Assembly: GCA_000004985.1 (NCBI GenBank)
Contig: GG738885.1
Source of the DNA: Naegleria gruberi
Taxonomy: Eukaryota
Strand: one strand, 5' to 3'
Length of the DNA stretch: 64,000 nt
Shown here: piece after piece, positions 10,722 through 21,194 of the stretch
How the letters are laid out: each line of letters begins with the position of its first letter
How positions within the stretch are numbered: the first letter of the stretch is position 1
Program-made: the position numbers and the translations under genes
The notes under the pieces: generated by a model
What the model was told of the DNA's origin: nothing
Seen by the model: only the letters and a program-made list of their open reading frames with translations
The model's database searches: none

Positions 10722-13700
10722 ATGACTCAAGGAACATCTGATCAACAAACATGTCCAGTATCAGGCATGAGCACTCAAAATAATGAAGCTCAATGTCCAT
10801 TTGCTTCTGCTGATTCTCGTCGTAATAGTAAAGGAAGCAATGGCAGTAATCAACCATGTAAAGAAGAACCAATTCCTCAACCAGAACCACACTTTCTCGT
10901 TGGTAATATCTTTACAGTCGATAAAAAGAATCCATTTCCAAGTTTTATTGAATTGGCCAAAAAGTTCGATGGTATTTTCAAGATGAATATATTAGGTAAA
11001 CAATTAGTAGTAGTTTACAGTCAAGAATTGGTCAATGAATTATGTGATGAGAGCAGATTTGAAAAGGCACTTCCTCCAGGATTAAAACACGTTAAAGAGT
11101 TTGGTGGGGATGGTTTATTCACTGCAGAGAATAATGAACCAAATTGGGCTATTGCTCACAGAATTTTAATGCCAGCCTTTGGTCCAAAATCAATTCAGGA
11201 TATGTATCCTCAAATGTATGATATTGCAGAACAATTGTGTACCAAATGGGAAAGATTGGGAGAGCACTCAGTTATTGACATTGTTGATAACATGACCAGA
11301 TTGACCTTAGATACAATTGCCTTGTGTGCATTCAACTATAGATTTAACAGTTTCTATCATAATGAAATGCATCCATTCGTACAGTCCATGTTCGAGGCAT
11401 TGCAAGAAGCCAGCTCTAGAACTAAGAGACCTTCCATTTTGAACAATGTCTTGGTCAAGACAAAGAAAAAGCATCAAAGAAATATTGAATATATGCATGC
11501 AGTTGCAGACGAGATTGTAAAGGACAGAAAGAAGAATCCAAGTGATGTTAACGATTTGCTTAATAGAATGTTACTTGGAAAGGATCCAGTCACCAATCAA
11601 GGATTAAGTGATGAAAATATTAGATATCAAATGGTCACGTTTTTGATAGCCGGGCACGAGACGACTAGTGGTCTTTTGAGTTTCACGCTTTATGAACTTC
11701 TCAAACATCCAGAAGTTTTAAAGAAAGCTCAAAAAGAAGTTGACACTGTGATTGGAAATGAAAATATTCAAATCAAACATATTCCACAACTTGTCTATTT
11801 GGATCAAATCCTCAAAGAAACTCTTCGTCTGTGGCCAACTGCTCCTGGATTTGGTCTTGGTTGTAAAACTGATCAAGTCATTGGTGGAAAGTATAGAATT
11901 CACCCTTCAGATTTTATTATTGTGAGTAATTCCAATTTGCACAGAGATAAGAAAGTTTGGGGTGAAGATTGTGAACAATTCAATCCTGATAGAATGAGCC
12001 CAGAAAACTTTTCCTCACTTCCAAGTAACAGTTGGAAACCTTTTGGTAATGGATCGAGAGGTTGCATTGGCCGTCCATTTGCTTGGCAAGAAGCAATTTT
12101 GGTATTGGCTATGGTTCTTCAAAGATTTGAACTGATTGAGAATGATCCAAATTATCACTTGTCCATTACCCAAGCTTTGACCATCAAGCCAAATGGATTA
12201 TTCCTCAAAGTTAAGCCAAGATCTAATTGGAAAGGATCTCAATTGGTGAGAACTAATGCTTCTAATACTAGTTCTGAAAATTCTCATACTGATGATCAAA
12301 ATTCCACATCTACCGAATCAAAGGGTCCACTTTTGGTCTTGTACGGTTCTAACAGTGGTACATGTGAAAGCTTTGCCTCAATGTTGCACCAAGATGCTAA
12401 ATCCAAAGGATTTGATTGTAAAGTTGGTAGATTGAACACATTTACTGGTAACATTCCATTGGATACTCCAATTCTCATTGTAACAGCTTCATATGAAGGT
12501 CAACCAACTGAAGATGCCAAACAATTCGTTGGATGGCTCGAACATGTTCCAGAAAATACTCTCAAAGGACTCAAATATGCAGTTTTCGGATGTGGACACA
12601 GTGATTGGGTTGACACCTATCAAAGAATTCCAACATTCATTGACAACAAATTGAGTGAAGCTGGTGGTGAGAGAATTGCCCAGAGAGGAATTGGTAATGC
12701 TGCCAAAGACTTATTCTGTGAATTTGATCAGTGGAGAAAGACATTGTGGAGTTCTTTCGATCCTCATACCTCTCACGAACTTCCTCCAGTTGAAACAACC
12801 ATCATTAAGGGACATAGAGAAACAATTCTCCATTTCCAAAGTTTGGAACCTGGAAAGGTAATTGAAAATTATGATTTGGTTCCTGAGGACTATTGTGATG
12901 ATCATGGAACTTGTAGATCCAAGAGACATATTGAAATTCAATTGCCAGCTGGAGCTCATTATGAATCAGGTGATTATTTATCAGTATTACCTGTCAACTC
13001 TATGAAAGTTGTTAATAAGGCACTTTCTCATTTCAAATTAACTCACGATGATCAAATTGTCTTGAAGAGAAGTGAAACAATTTCATCTTCATCCTATCCT
13101 GTCAATGAGCCAATCTCTGCAGTCAACTTGTTCATGAATTATTTCGAATTGAGTCAACCAGCAACCAAGAGACAATTAGAAATTCTCCTCGAACACACAA
13201 AGGAAGCATCCGATAAGCAAGTACTCCAACAATTAATAGAAAAGGACTCTAACATTCCTCCAATTCTTGATATCGTTCATGATTTGAAATCTTGTACAAT
13301 TCCACTCGGAAATTTCTTGGATATTTCAATTCCTATGCGTACAAGACAATACTCAATCTCATCCTCTCCATTGTGGAATAAGGACAAGTGTACCATTACT
13401 GTTGGTGTATTGAGAGCTCCAGCAACCCATGGAAAAGGATTCCACGAAGGGGTTGCCTCCAATTTCTTGGCAAGTTGTCTTCCAGATATGCAAGTTTCGG
13501 TTCAAATTAGAAACTCTTCCTTCAAATTACCTAATGACCCATCTGTTCCAATTATCATGATTGGAGCTGGTACTGGTATTGCTCCATTCAGAGGTTTCGT
13601 TCAGGAAAGAGCTTGTCTCATTAAGGAAGGTAAGACTCTTGGTAAGGCTCTCTTGTTCCAAGGATGCAGAAATCCAGAACAAGATTACTTGTACAAGAAG

Positions 13701-13994
13701 GAACTCGAAGAATGGAGTCAATTGGGAGCTGTTGAATTGAGACCAGTTTTCTCAAGAATGGGAAGTAACGTAAAATATGTTCAAGATAAGATTATGGAAT
13801 GCAAGGAAGAAGTTGCTAAACTCTTACTGGAAGAAGCTCAAATCTACATTTGTGGTGAAGGAAATCATATGGCACCTGCTGTTAAGAAAGTCTTGATGGA
13901 AATTTATCAACAAGTTACCAATTGTACAAAGGAAGAAGCTGAAAAGAGAATGAGCTCGATGGATAAGCGTTTTGCTGTTGATGTTTTTGCATAA
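10722..13994 (+). CDS. Self-sufficient cytochrome P450-NADPH-P450 reductase fusion (CYP102A1/P450BM3-like; fungal CYP505-type fatty-acid hydroxylase)
   Basis: The N-terminal heme domain is collinear with P450BM3 (ELCDESRFEKAL, FGGDGLFTAE, I-helix AGHETTSG, EXXR at ETLRLWP, heme loop FGNGSRGCIGRPFAWQE). It is followed by a flavodoxin-like FMN domain (LLVLYGSNSGTCESFA) and an FAD/NADPH domain (RQYSISSSP, GAGTGIAPFRGF). The first ATG is at 10722; the ORF-track start at 10716 is TTG. Confidence 0.9.
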   Translation: MTQGTSDQQTCPVSGMSTQNNEAQCPFASADSRRNSKGSNGSNQPCKEEPIPQPEPHFLVGNIFTVDKKNPFPSFIELAKKFDGIFKMNILGKQLVVVYSQELVNELCDESRFEKALPPGLKHVKEFGGDGLFTAENNEPNWAIAHRILMPAFGPKSIQDMYPQMYDIAEQLCTKWERLGEHSVIDIVDNMTRLTLDTIALCAFNYRFNSFYHNEMHPFVQSMFEALQEASSRTKRPSILNNVLVKTKKKHQRNIEYMHAVADEIVKDRKKNPSDVNDLLNRMLLGKDPVTNQGLSDENIRYQMVTFLIAGHETTSGLLSFTLYELLKHPEVLKKAQKEVDTVIGNENIQIKHIPQLVYLDQILKETLRLWPTAPGFGLGCKTDQVIGGKYRIHPSDFIIVSNSNLHRDKKVWGEDCEQFNPDRMSPENFSSLPSNSWKPFGNGSRGCIGRPFAWQEAILVLAMVLQRFELIENDPNYHLSITQALTIKPNGLFLKVKPRSNWKGSQLVRTNASNTSSENSHTDDQNSTSTESKGPLLVLYGSNSGTCESFASMLHQDAKSKGFDCKVGRLNTFTGNIPLDTPILIVTASYEGQPTEDAKQFVGWLEHVPENTLKGLKYAVFGCGHSDWVDTYQRIPTFIDNKLSEAGGERIAQRGIGNAAKDLFCEFDQWRKTLWSSFDPHTSHELPPVETTIIKGHRETILHFQSLEPGKVIENYDLVPEDYCDDHGTCRSKRHIEIQLPAGAHYESGDYLSVLPVNSMKVVNKALSHFKLTHDDQIVLKRSETISSSSYPVNEPISAVNLFMNYFELSQPATKRQLEILLEHTKEASDKQVLQQLIEKDSNIPPILDIVHDLKSCTIPLGNFLDISIPMRTRQYSISSSPLWNKDKCTITVGVLRAPATHGKGFHEGVASNFLASCLPDMQVSVQIRNSSFKLPNDPSVPIIMIGAGTGIAPFRGFVQERACLIKEGKTLGKALLFQGCRNPEQDYLYKKELEEWSQLGAVELRPVFSRMGSNVKYVQDKIMECKEEVAKLLLEEAQIYICGEGNHMAPAVKKVLMEIYQQVTNCTKEEAEKRMSSMDKRFAVDVFA

Positions 13995-14183
13995 TAAATT
14001 TGTAATTTAATATTTAATTTCTCAATCCTATTGTGCAATTTTACCTATTGCAGCTGTCCTCAATTCCAGAGAAAGGAAGATGGCGAATATGATTTTTTTT
14101 CAGTTGGAATATTGAGAGTCAATTTGTAATTTATTTTGTTGTTTACAAGAATATTAACCCTATTGGAAATCTCGATCATTAAT

Positions 14184-15143
14184 TTACAAGGATGGCTTTT
14201 CTGACTTTTTGCATGTCTTTCTCTTGATACAAATCTTCTTCTTGATTGACTTGCAACACTTCTTCTTTCCACCAACCAATTTGAATTTCTTACAAATCTT
14301 CTTTCCCTTAGAACGTTTCAAACACTTCTTATAATACTTCTTCTTGAGACATCTTGGTGGAATGACAATTGATTTGGCACAATATTTCTTCTTTTGATAT
14401 TTGACACATTTAGAAAGAGTCTTCTTGTGCTTACAGAACTTGATAGTCTTATGCTTGGCACAGAAGAATTTCTTCTTAATGAGACAACATTTCTTGATGG
14501 ATTTTCTCTCCTTACAGTATTTAACCTTCTTATACTTGGCACATTTCTTTGCCCATGCAACAATCTTGCACTTTTTAACATATCTACATTTGGCAACCTT
14601 CTTCTTATAGGAATCAACAGTGTACTTATCGCAAATCTTCTTCTTTTCACACTTCTTGATTGGAACCTTCTTGAATTTCTTACAGACCTTCTTATATCCC
14701 TTCTTGACGCACTTGTTGACAATCTTGTGTTTGGCACAGAATTTCTTGTAACCCTTCTTCACACAAATCTTCTTAGTTCCATAAGAATCACAAACTTTCC
14801 AGTGCTTCTTCTTGGCACAACCAACAATCTTGTACGCATGCAAGACACATTTCTTTGTTGGCTTGCTATACTTGTCACATTTGGAATATTTCTTATGTTT
14901 GAGACATTTACCAGCACCGACAATGGCATATTGATCACAGACCTTCTTTTGACCAACGAGTTTGTGTTTCAAACACTTCTTAATCCACTTGTGCTTTAAA
15001 CATTTTCTCTTACTAATCTTTGGCTTGTGATACTTGTCAACTACGACTGGTCCAGGTTTGGTTTGATAGCTGTCAGTTGCTTGAACTGAAAGAATGGCAA
15101 GCAGGAGAAGAATTGCAATTGAAACAATTAGATTTGCTTTCAT
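14184..15143 (-). CDS. Secreted, extremely basic Lys/Cys-rich repeat protein (novel; function unknown)
   Basis: The N-terminal signal peptide is MKANLIVSIAILLLLAILSVQA. The mature part of about 295 aa is roughly one-third Lys with about 36 Cys, spaced every 7-12 residues in reiterated C-x-K-H-K / CxKKxYKKxC units. The same DNA yields long spurious ORFs in other frames (14394..14999 +, 14318..14737 -) because of the AAG/AAA-rich repeats. Confidence 0.6.
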   Translation of the reverse strand: MKANLIVSIAILLLLAILSVQATDSYQTKPGPVVVDKYHKPKISKRKCLKHKWIKKCLKHKLVGQKKVCDQYAIVGAGKCLKHKKYSKCDKYSKPTKKCVLHAYKIVGCAKKKHWKVCDSYGTKKICVKKGYKKFCAKHKIVNKCVKKGYKKVCKKFKKVPIKKCEKKKICDKYTVDSYKKKVAKCRYVKKCKIVAWAKKCAKYKKVKYCKERKSIKKCCLIKKKFFCAKHKTIKFCKHKKTLSKCVKYQKKKYCAKSIVIPPRCLKKKYYKKCLKRSKGKKICKKFKLVGGKKKCCKSIKKKICIKRKTCKKSEKPSL

Positions 15144-15416
15144 TTTTTTGTTTGTTGATATTCTGGTCTATGAGTTTGTGCTCATTAAATACTTTTTTGA
15201 ACAATGATGGAAACTCAAAACGAAACATGTAAGGTTACAAATTTAGATAGAAAACTGATTCAACACCATGCATCAAAATCTTTATAAATGCTAATCGTAG
15301 ATAATTCTTCACATTTCAATATTGGTTAATTGGAAGAATATTTACAATGTGTTATCACATATTGGAGCTTAAAATGATACTTTACTTTTGTTTCGAATAC
15401 CAAATTGGTAAAACTA

Positions 15417-16805
15417 CTATTGGAGATTACATTTTTGCTTTGTTCGTACTTTGGGTGATCCTATTGCCTTTTTACAATAAAAGTTTTGAACTAATTCCCT
15501 AACTTTTTGTTTAAGATTCGAATCGAAATCTGGTGCATCACTAATTACTAGTTCAGAAATACTTCCATACTGCTGAACATAATCTATGAATGCATGTAAT
15601 TGCTGCATTACTGAACCTATTATTATGAATGATTAGAGATTGAAGTAATTTTGGTTTGGATTTCAGATACTTAATTATTCCTGAATCAGTATTACCACAA
15701 TTAATAACTGTTAATCTAGTAATGGATCATTCCGTATTCCCAAATAACTCAAATCCATCATCTCCAATGTTTTGGTTTGAAGAAATAACCAATTCTCTCA
15801 AATGTTTCATATTTGCAATGATTTTACATGATTTAAACGAAATGGCATTGTTGCTCAAATTTAGATAATGCATTTTCTTAAATTCATTCCTACTCAAAAA
15901 TTCCATAACTGTGCTATCCTCAATATTATTGAATCCAACATGTAAATATTCCAAACTATAACAATGACACAACTAGGTCAACCCATTTCCAATTTTGTTA
16001 TCATGTAAATTGAAATGTTTCAATAATTTCAAATTTCCAAAATTTTTCAAACCTTCGCTACCTATCATATTCATTTCCAAATGTAATTCTTCCAGTTTAA
16101 CATTTTCTGATAAATAATTGGCTCCAACATCTCCTATTTGATTTTTTCTCACATCCAATTGTTTGAGTTGAATAGTTTAGTTCAGTGTGATTCCAATTTA
16201 TAAAGATGTTCCAATGCTGATTTTTTCAAATCAATCAAATAAATACACTTTCAACTTTTTAGCAAATTTGCTTTCGAATATTGAAATTAATGATTTTGAA
16301 TGCAAGTGACCGAATAATATTAATTTCTCCAATGGCCAATCCAATTTATCAAAAAGTAAATTTTCATCTCCCGAATTTGTCATTATTTTCATGGAGAGTG
16401 ATTTAATTTTTGACTTGCTTTCGAATAGTAAATTAATACTTTTAATACTCAATCCAGGTAATTCCATTTCTTGTAATGTTTTCAATTTTTCAATTTCAAT
16501 AATTAAATCATCACTACAGCTACTTTTCAATTTCAATACTTTCAAATTGGTTAACATGGAAATAAACGAATCTAAACTTATTCTCGTTTTGAAATTTAAA
16601 TGTGTTACCTTGCTCAATTTATCAGAATATTCAATTCGTGGGAATTTCTTGGCAGCAGCGGAAAGTAAAAAGTTTTTATGGATTTGTAATTTTCATTCCA
16701 ATATTTACAAACTAATCTGACATTGTTTAAAATCCATCGATATTCGAAATAGATGAAAATTTGATCAAAAATTATTTCGTGCGAAAGCAGAGAATGTACT
16801 TGCAT
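15417..16805 (-). pseudogene. F-box-like / RNI-type leucine-rich-repeat gene, fragmented (in-frame TAG and frame changes); pseudogene or multi-intron gene
   Basis: Five minus-strand ORF pieces carry an F-box-like N-terminus (EIIFDQIFIYFEYRWILNNVRLVCKYW) and RNI-type LRRs (NQIGDVGANYLSENVKLEELHLEMNMIGSEGLKNF; NLSNNAISFKSCKIIANMKHLRELVISSNQNIGDDG). ORFs 15973..16158 and 15727..15972 are contiguous in the same frame, separated only by a TAG at 15973..15975. Confidence 0.4.
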
Positions 16806-17145
16806 TCAATTTTCAATTTTTTTGTAAAATGTTTTTTCAATATTTCAGAGCCAATGGCTGTAATTCACATCTATTCCCATTTTCTTTATTCAATGTTTCT
16901 TGTAATGTTTATTAATCAAGTCAAAGTCAGACGAATGATATGATGGCATTATAATCCATTGATTGATCGTAGTCCACACTCTAATATCACCACACAATAA
17001 CAAATAGCAACGTATAATATCTGATACTTCAATAATAATGATAATTTGTCGAATTTGCCATATTTACTAGCATCAGCAAAAGTACCTTTTTTTCACACAA
17101 CACAAAAAATCTGCCTCACCACCCTCTCTTCACAATCATCATCAA

Positions 17146-18054
17146 ATGGCCACATCATCTTTATCTTCCTCACCATCATTATCAACATCCTCATCTTCAG
17201 TAGCAACACTAACACGCCAACAGCAATTGGTTCAACTCGAATTTAATCATGAGGGAAAATTTGCACTCATGACCCTCAACAACAAACCAGTAAATTCCTT
17301 AACACTCTCAATGATGAATTGCATCATTTCAAGTATTGAACAAGTGGAACAATATTCGCAAGCTCCAATGAATGCCTTGGTGATTACTTCAGCATGCCGA
17401 GGAGTTTTCTCAGCTGGATTGGATTTGAAATCGTTGTGTACTAGTTCGTTGGAATATTTGACTGAATTTTGGAATGTGCTGCAGAGAATGTTTATGAAAC
17501 TCTATTCGTGTCCATTGTTTACTGTTGCAATGATTAATGGACAATGTTTTGCAGGTGGATGTGTCTTGAGTTTGGCTTGTGATTATAGAATTATTCATGA
17601 ACAGTGTTCTATTGGGCTGAACGAAACTCAATTTGGATTAGTTCCTCCATGGTTCTTTATTGCTGCCTATGAGAATGTTATTGGAAAGAGATTGTGTGAA
17701 ATGCATGTTCAATTGGGAAGTTTATTACCAGCCAATGAAGCTTTGAAAATTTCACTTGTTGATGAAGTTCACTCCAATCCAAACTCAATGAAAGAATCAG
17801 CTCTGAAACAAGTAATGAAATGGAATAAGGTCAACCAATTTGCCAAGAGAGAATCCAAGCTTTTATTAAGAAAACCACTCATTGATCAGCTCACTGGATG
17901 TTGTAAGGAAAGAACTGAACAAGCTGTGAAGGTGATTGCTTCAGATAAGGCACAACAAATGATTCGTGGCCATCTCGAAAGTTTACACAAAAAGCAACAA
18001 GCAGCTGCCAATCAAAAGAAGGACGAAACTGCATCACGACCTTCAAAGTTATAA
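17146..18054 (+). CDS. Crotonase-superfamily enoyl-CoA delta-isomerase (mitochondrial ECI/DCI-like)
   Basis: Crotonase fold with the oxyanion-hole motif ...ITSACRGVFSAGLDLKSL... and ...NGQCFAGGCVLSLACDYRI. The N-terminus is Ser/Thr-rich and presequence-like. It is a single 302-aa ORF with an ATG at 17146. Confidence 0.7.
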   Translation: MATSSLSSSPSLSTSSSSVATLTRQQQLVQLEFNHEGKFALMTLNNKPVNSLTLSMMNCIISSIEQVEQYSQAPMNALVITSACRGVFSAGLDLKSLCTSSLEYLTEFWNVLQRMFMKLYSCPLFTVAMINGQCFAGGCVLSLACDYRIIHEQCSIGLNETQFGLVPPWFFIAAYENVIGKRLCEMHVQLGSLLPANEALKISLVDEVHSNPNSMKESALKQVMKWNKVNQFAKRESKLLLRKPLIDQLTGCCKERTEQAVKVIASDKAQQMIRGHLESLHKKQQAAANQKKDETASRPSKL

Positions 18055-18121
18055 ACCTTCACTGTTTATTGGATTGTGAACATTTTCATTGTAAACGAAA
18101 CTCATTTCCGATCCATTCCGA

Positions 18122-20257
18122 ATGAACATAAAGTGCAAAGTTGGAGATGAAGAACAAGGAAAAAAAATGCTCAACAATCAGCAGGATCATGCCGATGAAG
18201 ATGAGAATTTCAAATCATCATCGTCATCGTCATTATCATCATCTGGAATAAATATGATGGATGATTCTTTGGATAACGAAAATGAAAATAATAATCAACA
18301 ACAACATGATGGAAAGCGTGAGAAAAAGCATCCGATCAATTTTGAATATCAGGCTCATGTCATGATGAAGAATTCTAGAGTGGGACATCCTTATGATTTG
18401 GTTAGTAAGGAACAATTGGAGAATTGTTTGGAGACGATGAAGAAATTACATAAACATCGATACTTGTTGAAGAGTCCCGAGTTGAAGGATTTGTTTGAGG
18501 CTGGCTCAGCCTTGTTTAATCCATTGACGGAAGAGGAAAAGATAGAAAGAAGGAGACAGAGAAGAAAACAAGCAAAGGAAGGTAGAAAGAGTCATGATGA
18601 GACAATTTTAAATAATACAGAAATGAAAAAGAGAAAAATTAATGAAATTTCCATTATTAAAGAACAGTTGGAGGAAAGGAAAGCTTTGGAATGTTCGAAT
18701 TTGGATCAAGCAGAAACATCACTTGTGAAAATGGGTATTGAAACGGATGAAATGAAGAAAAAGAAGAGAAAACACATGATGCCTGATATTGGATTAAAAA
18801 GGATTAAAAAGCAAGATGTACTCAAATTGTCCAATTCTGTGGATGAGGATGATGAGGATGTGACTATTGAATCAATTACTGATGATTCCAACCAGACTGC
18901 ATCCAGCAGTAGTGCTTCTTCATCTCATGTCGACAGCAACTCAATGCAAGATGAAGAAAACAAGGCAACAACGGTTCCAACAATTCTCTTTTCACAAAGA
19001 CAATGCTATATGTGCAAACAAATGTTTGATAAGGTTCATTTCTTTTATCACAAAATGTGTACTCAGTGTGGAGAGTTCAACTATGAAAAGAGAAATGCAA
19101 CTTGTGACTTGTCAGGTCGTGTTGCTCTTGTGACTGGTGGCAGAGTTAAAATTGGTTATGAAAGTAGTTTGAAACTTCTCAGAAATAACATTTCTATGGT
19201 CATTGTAACAACTCGTTTCCCAAAGGATGCTGCTAAAAGATATACAGCTGAACCAGATTTTGATCAATGGAAAGATAAGCTTCAAATTTATGGATTGGAC
19301 ATGAAACACATTCCAAGTGTTTATGCATTTTGTGATTTTTTGAAACAAAAGCTTGATAGATTGGACATTATTATTAACAATGCCTGTCAAACCATTAGAA
19401 GGCCATGTGCATACTATAGACATGTCTGCCTCGATGAAATGACAGTCAGTTTGGAGGATTTGAGCGAGAATGTAAAGAAAATACTACCAACAGACTTTTT
19501 CATGAAACCAGAAATGATAGAACATACAGATTCAGGTATCAAGACTCTCATTTCTCCAACAAGTGATGAACTTATCGAGCATGCATCCAATAATCCAACA
19601 AGTAATCAAATTGTACCATACAGTGTAGATTCTTTGAGGGCTCTCACTGATTCCTGTAATGTTAGTACAAGTGCACTCATTTCTCAAATTCCAATCTTGA
19701 AAGAGGATCAGCTTTATGACAGTAATTTATTCCCACATAAGGTTCTCGATGTAAATAAGAGTCAAGTAGATTTGAGACAAAAGAATTCATGGGTTCAAAA
19801 ATTGGATCAGGTTCCAATTTTCGAATTTTTAGAAGTGCAAACCATCAATGTGACTGCGCCATTCATTATCAACTCTCGTTTGAAACCACTGATGGCCAAA
19901 ATGGTCGATCAAGACAAGTTTATCATTAATGTTAGCAGTATGGAAGGTCAGTTTTATAGAAAAACGAAAAAAACAACCCATCCACACTTGAATATGGCAA
20001 AGAGTTCTTTAAATATGATGACAAGAACAAGTGCCGCCGACTATGCCAAGAGCAGAATCTACATGGTCTCAGTCGACACTGGATGGAACAATGATGAAAA
20101 TCCATTGAATATCAACAATGTTAAGGAGACTTACTTTTGTCCACTGGACGAAATTGATGGCGCTGCAAGAATCATGCATCCAATTTTTACATGCATTAAG
20201 GAGGGAAAGAAAATATTTGGAGTTTTCATGAAGAATTATGATTCATACTATTGGTAA
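18122..20257 (+). CDS. Short-chain dehydrogenase/reductase-like protein with N-terminal charged region and Cys4 zinc-ribbon
   Basis: The Rossmann motif is VALVTGGRVKIGYESS. A putative zinc ribbon, CYMCKQ...HKMCTQCGEF, lies immediately upstream. A charged low-complexity block of about 290 aa lies at the N-terminus. The NVSS(M)EG region lacks the canonical YxxxK (sequence HPHLNMAK). Confidence 0.55.
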   Translation: MNIKCKVGDEEQGKKMLNNQQDHADEDENFKSSSSSSLSSSGINMMDDSLDNENENNNQQQHDGKREKKHPINFEYQAHVMMKNSRVGHPYDLVSKEQLENCLETMKKLHKHRYLLKSPELKDLFEAGSALFNPLTEEEKIERRRQRRKQAKEGRKSHDETILNNTEMKKRKINEISIIKEQLEERKALECSNLDQAETSLVKMGIETDEMKKKKRKHMMPDIGLKRIKKQDVLKLSNSVDEDDEDVTIESITDDSNQTASSSSASSSHVDSNSMQDEENKATTVPTILFSQRQCYMCKQMFDKVHFFYHKMCTQCGEFNYEKRNATCDLSGRVALVTGGRVKIGYESSLKLLRNNISMVIVTTRFPKDAAKRYTAEPDFDQWKDKLQIYGLDMKHIPSVYAFCDFLKQKLDRLDIIINNACQTIRRPCAYYRHVCLDEMTVSLEDLSENVKKILPTDFFMKPEMIEHTDSGIKTLISPTSDELIEHASNNPTSNQIVPYSVDSLRALTDSCNVSTSALISQIPILKEDQLYDSNLFPHKVLDVNKSQVDLRQKNSWVQKLDQVPIFEFLEVQTINVTAPFIINSRLKPLMAKMVDQDKFIINVSSMEGQFYRKTKKTTHPHLNMAKSSLNMMTRTSAADYAKSRIYMVSVDTGWNNDENPLNINNVKETYFCPLDEIDGAARIMHPIFTCIKEGKKIFGVFMKNYDSYYW

Positions 20258-20414
20258 TTTTACAAACAGTCAACAGTAAACAAATTCATTTAATGAAGTT
20301 GGTGAAGTTCGAGTAATTATTGGAACTGCAAATATCACCAAATTAAAATCAAATTAGAAAAAAAAAGCCACAACTCCTGTTAATCACCACCTGTAATCCT
20401 CATCCACCATCATC

Positions 20415-21194
20415 ATGAAGCGAACACTAAATGATTTCTTACAAACCTCAGATAAAAAGAAACAATCAACTCTCAAGAAGATAAAAAGTAATTCCGAAGT
20501 TTCTGGTGCGCCAGTAAAACAAATTTCTTCTTATAAAACGGATTCGGAAATTGGTGGTTTATATATTATTGAGAATATTATTGATGTGGCAGAAGAACGA
20601 AAATTAGTAAAATTCATTGATTCTCAAAAGTGGAACGATGAAATATCGAGAAGGACTCAACATTATGGAGTTTCTTATAATTATGGCGCAAGAGGTGTTA
20701 AGGAAGCTCTGAAAGTGCCACCAGTTCCATCAGAATTTTCAGATTTACTGGAAGAAATTAAGAATAAGGAAGGATTGGATTCTATTCGAAATTTGATGGA
20801 AGGAATTGATTTTAAACAAGTCATAATCAATGAATACAAGGGAGCCAAGCAAGGCATCTCAAAACATGTTGATCATTGTCAAGATTTTGGTCCTCTAATA
20901 TTAATTCTCAGTTTGGGTGATGAATGCGTAATGAAATTCCACAAATTAGAACAAGTGAAAGAAGAAGATTTGAAAAAGAAAAAAGTGAAACGAACAGAAG
21001 TATCACCATCAGAATGTTACGATAGAAGAATGCCCAGAAGATCACTCATTATTCTCTCAGGAGATGCCAGATATCAATATCAACATGAAATTCCCAAAAC
21101 AATGGTCTTTAAAATTGATGGTAAACAATTCTTGAAAAGAAGTGAAAGTTACCGAAGAGTTTCCATCACTTATAGATCCCTAACAACAGATTGA
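20415..21194 (+). CDS. AlkB-family 2-oxoglutarate/Fe(II)-dependent dioxygenase (ALKBH-like)
   Basis: Iron-binding HxD...H residues are present (KHVDHCQDFG ... QYQHEIP). The 2OG-binding motif is RxS/RVSITYRS. The product is 259 aa. Confidence 0.7.
   Translation: MKRTLNDFLQTSDKKKQSTLKKIKSNSEVSGAPVKQISSYKTDSEIGGLYIIENIIDVAEERKLVKFIDSQKWNDEISRRTQHYGVSYNYGARGVKEALKVPPVPSEFSDLLEEIKNKEGLDSIRNLMEGIDFKQVIINEYKGAKQGISKHVDHCQDFGPLILILSLGDECVMKFHKLEQVKEEDLKKKKVKRTEVSPSECYDRRMPRRSLIILSGDARYQYQHEIPKTMVFKIDGKQFLKRSESYRRVSITYRSLTTD

Noticed and set aside
14318-14999. Long ORFs 14394..14999 (+), 14318..14737 (-) and 14401..14610 (+) overlapping the Lys/Cys-rich gene
   Set aside because: They are alternative-frame and antisense readings of a highly repetitive AAG/AAA/TGT-rich coding sequence. 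They have low-complexity, Leu- or Arg/Ser-rich translations and no start context. The minus-strand frame with a signal peptide is the coherent one.
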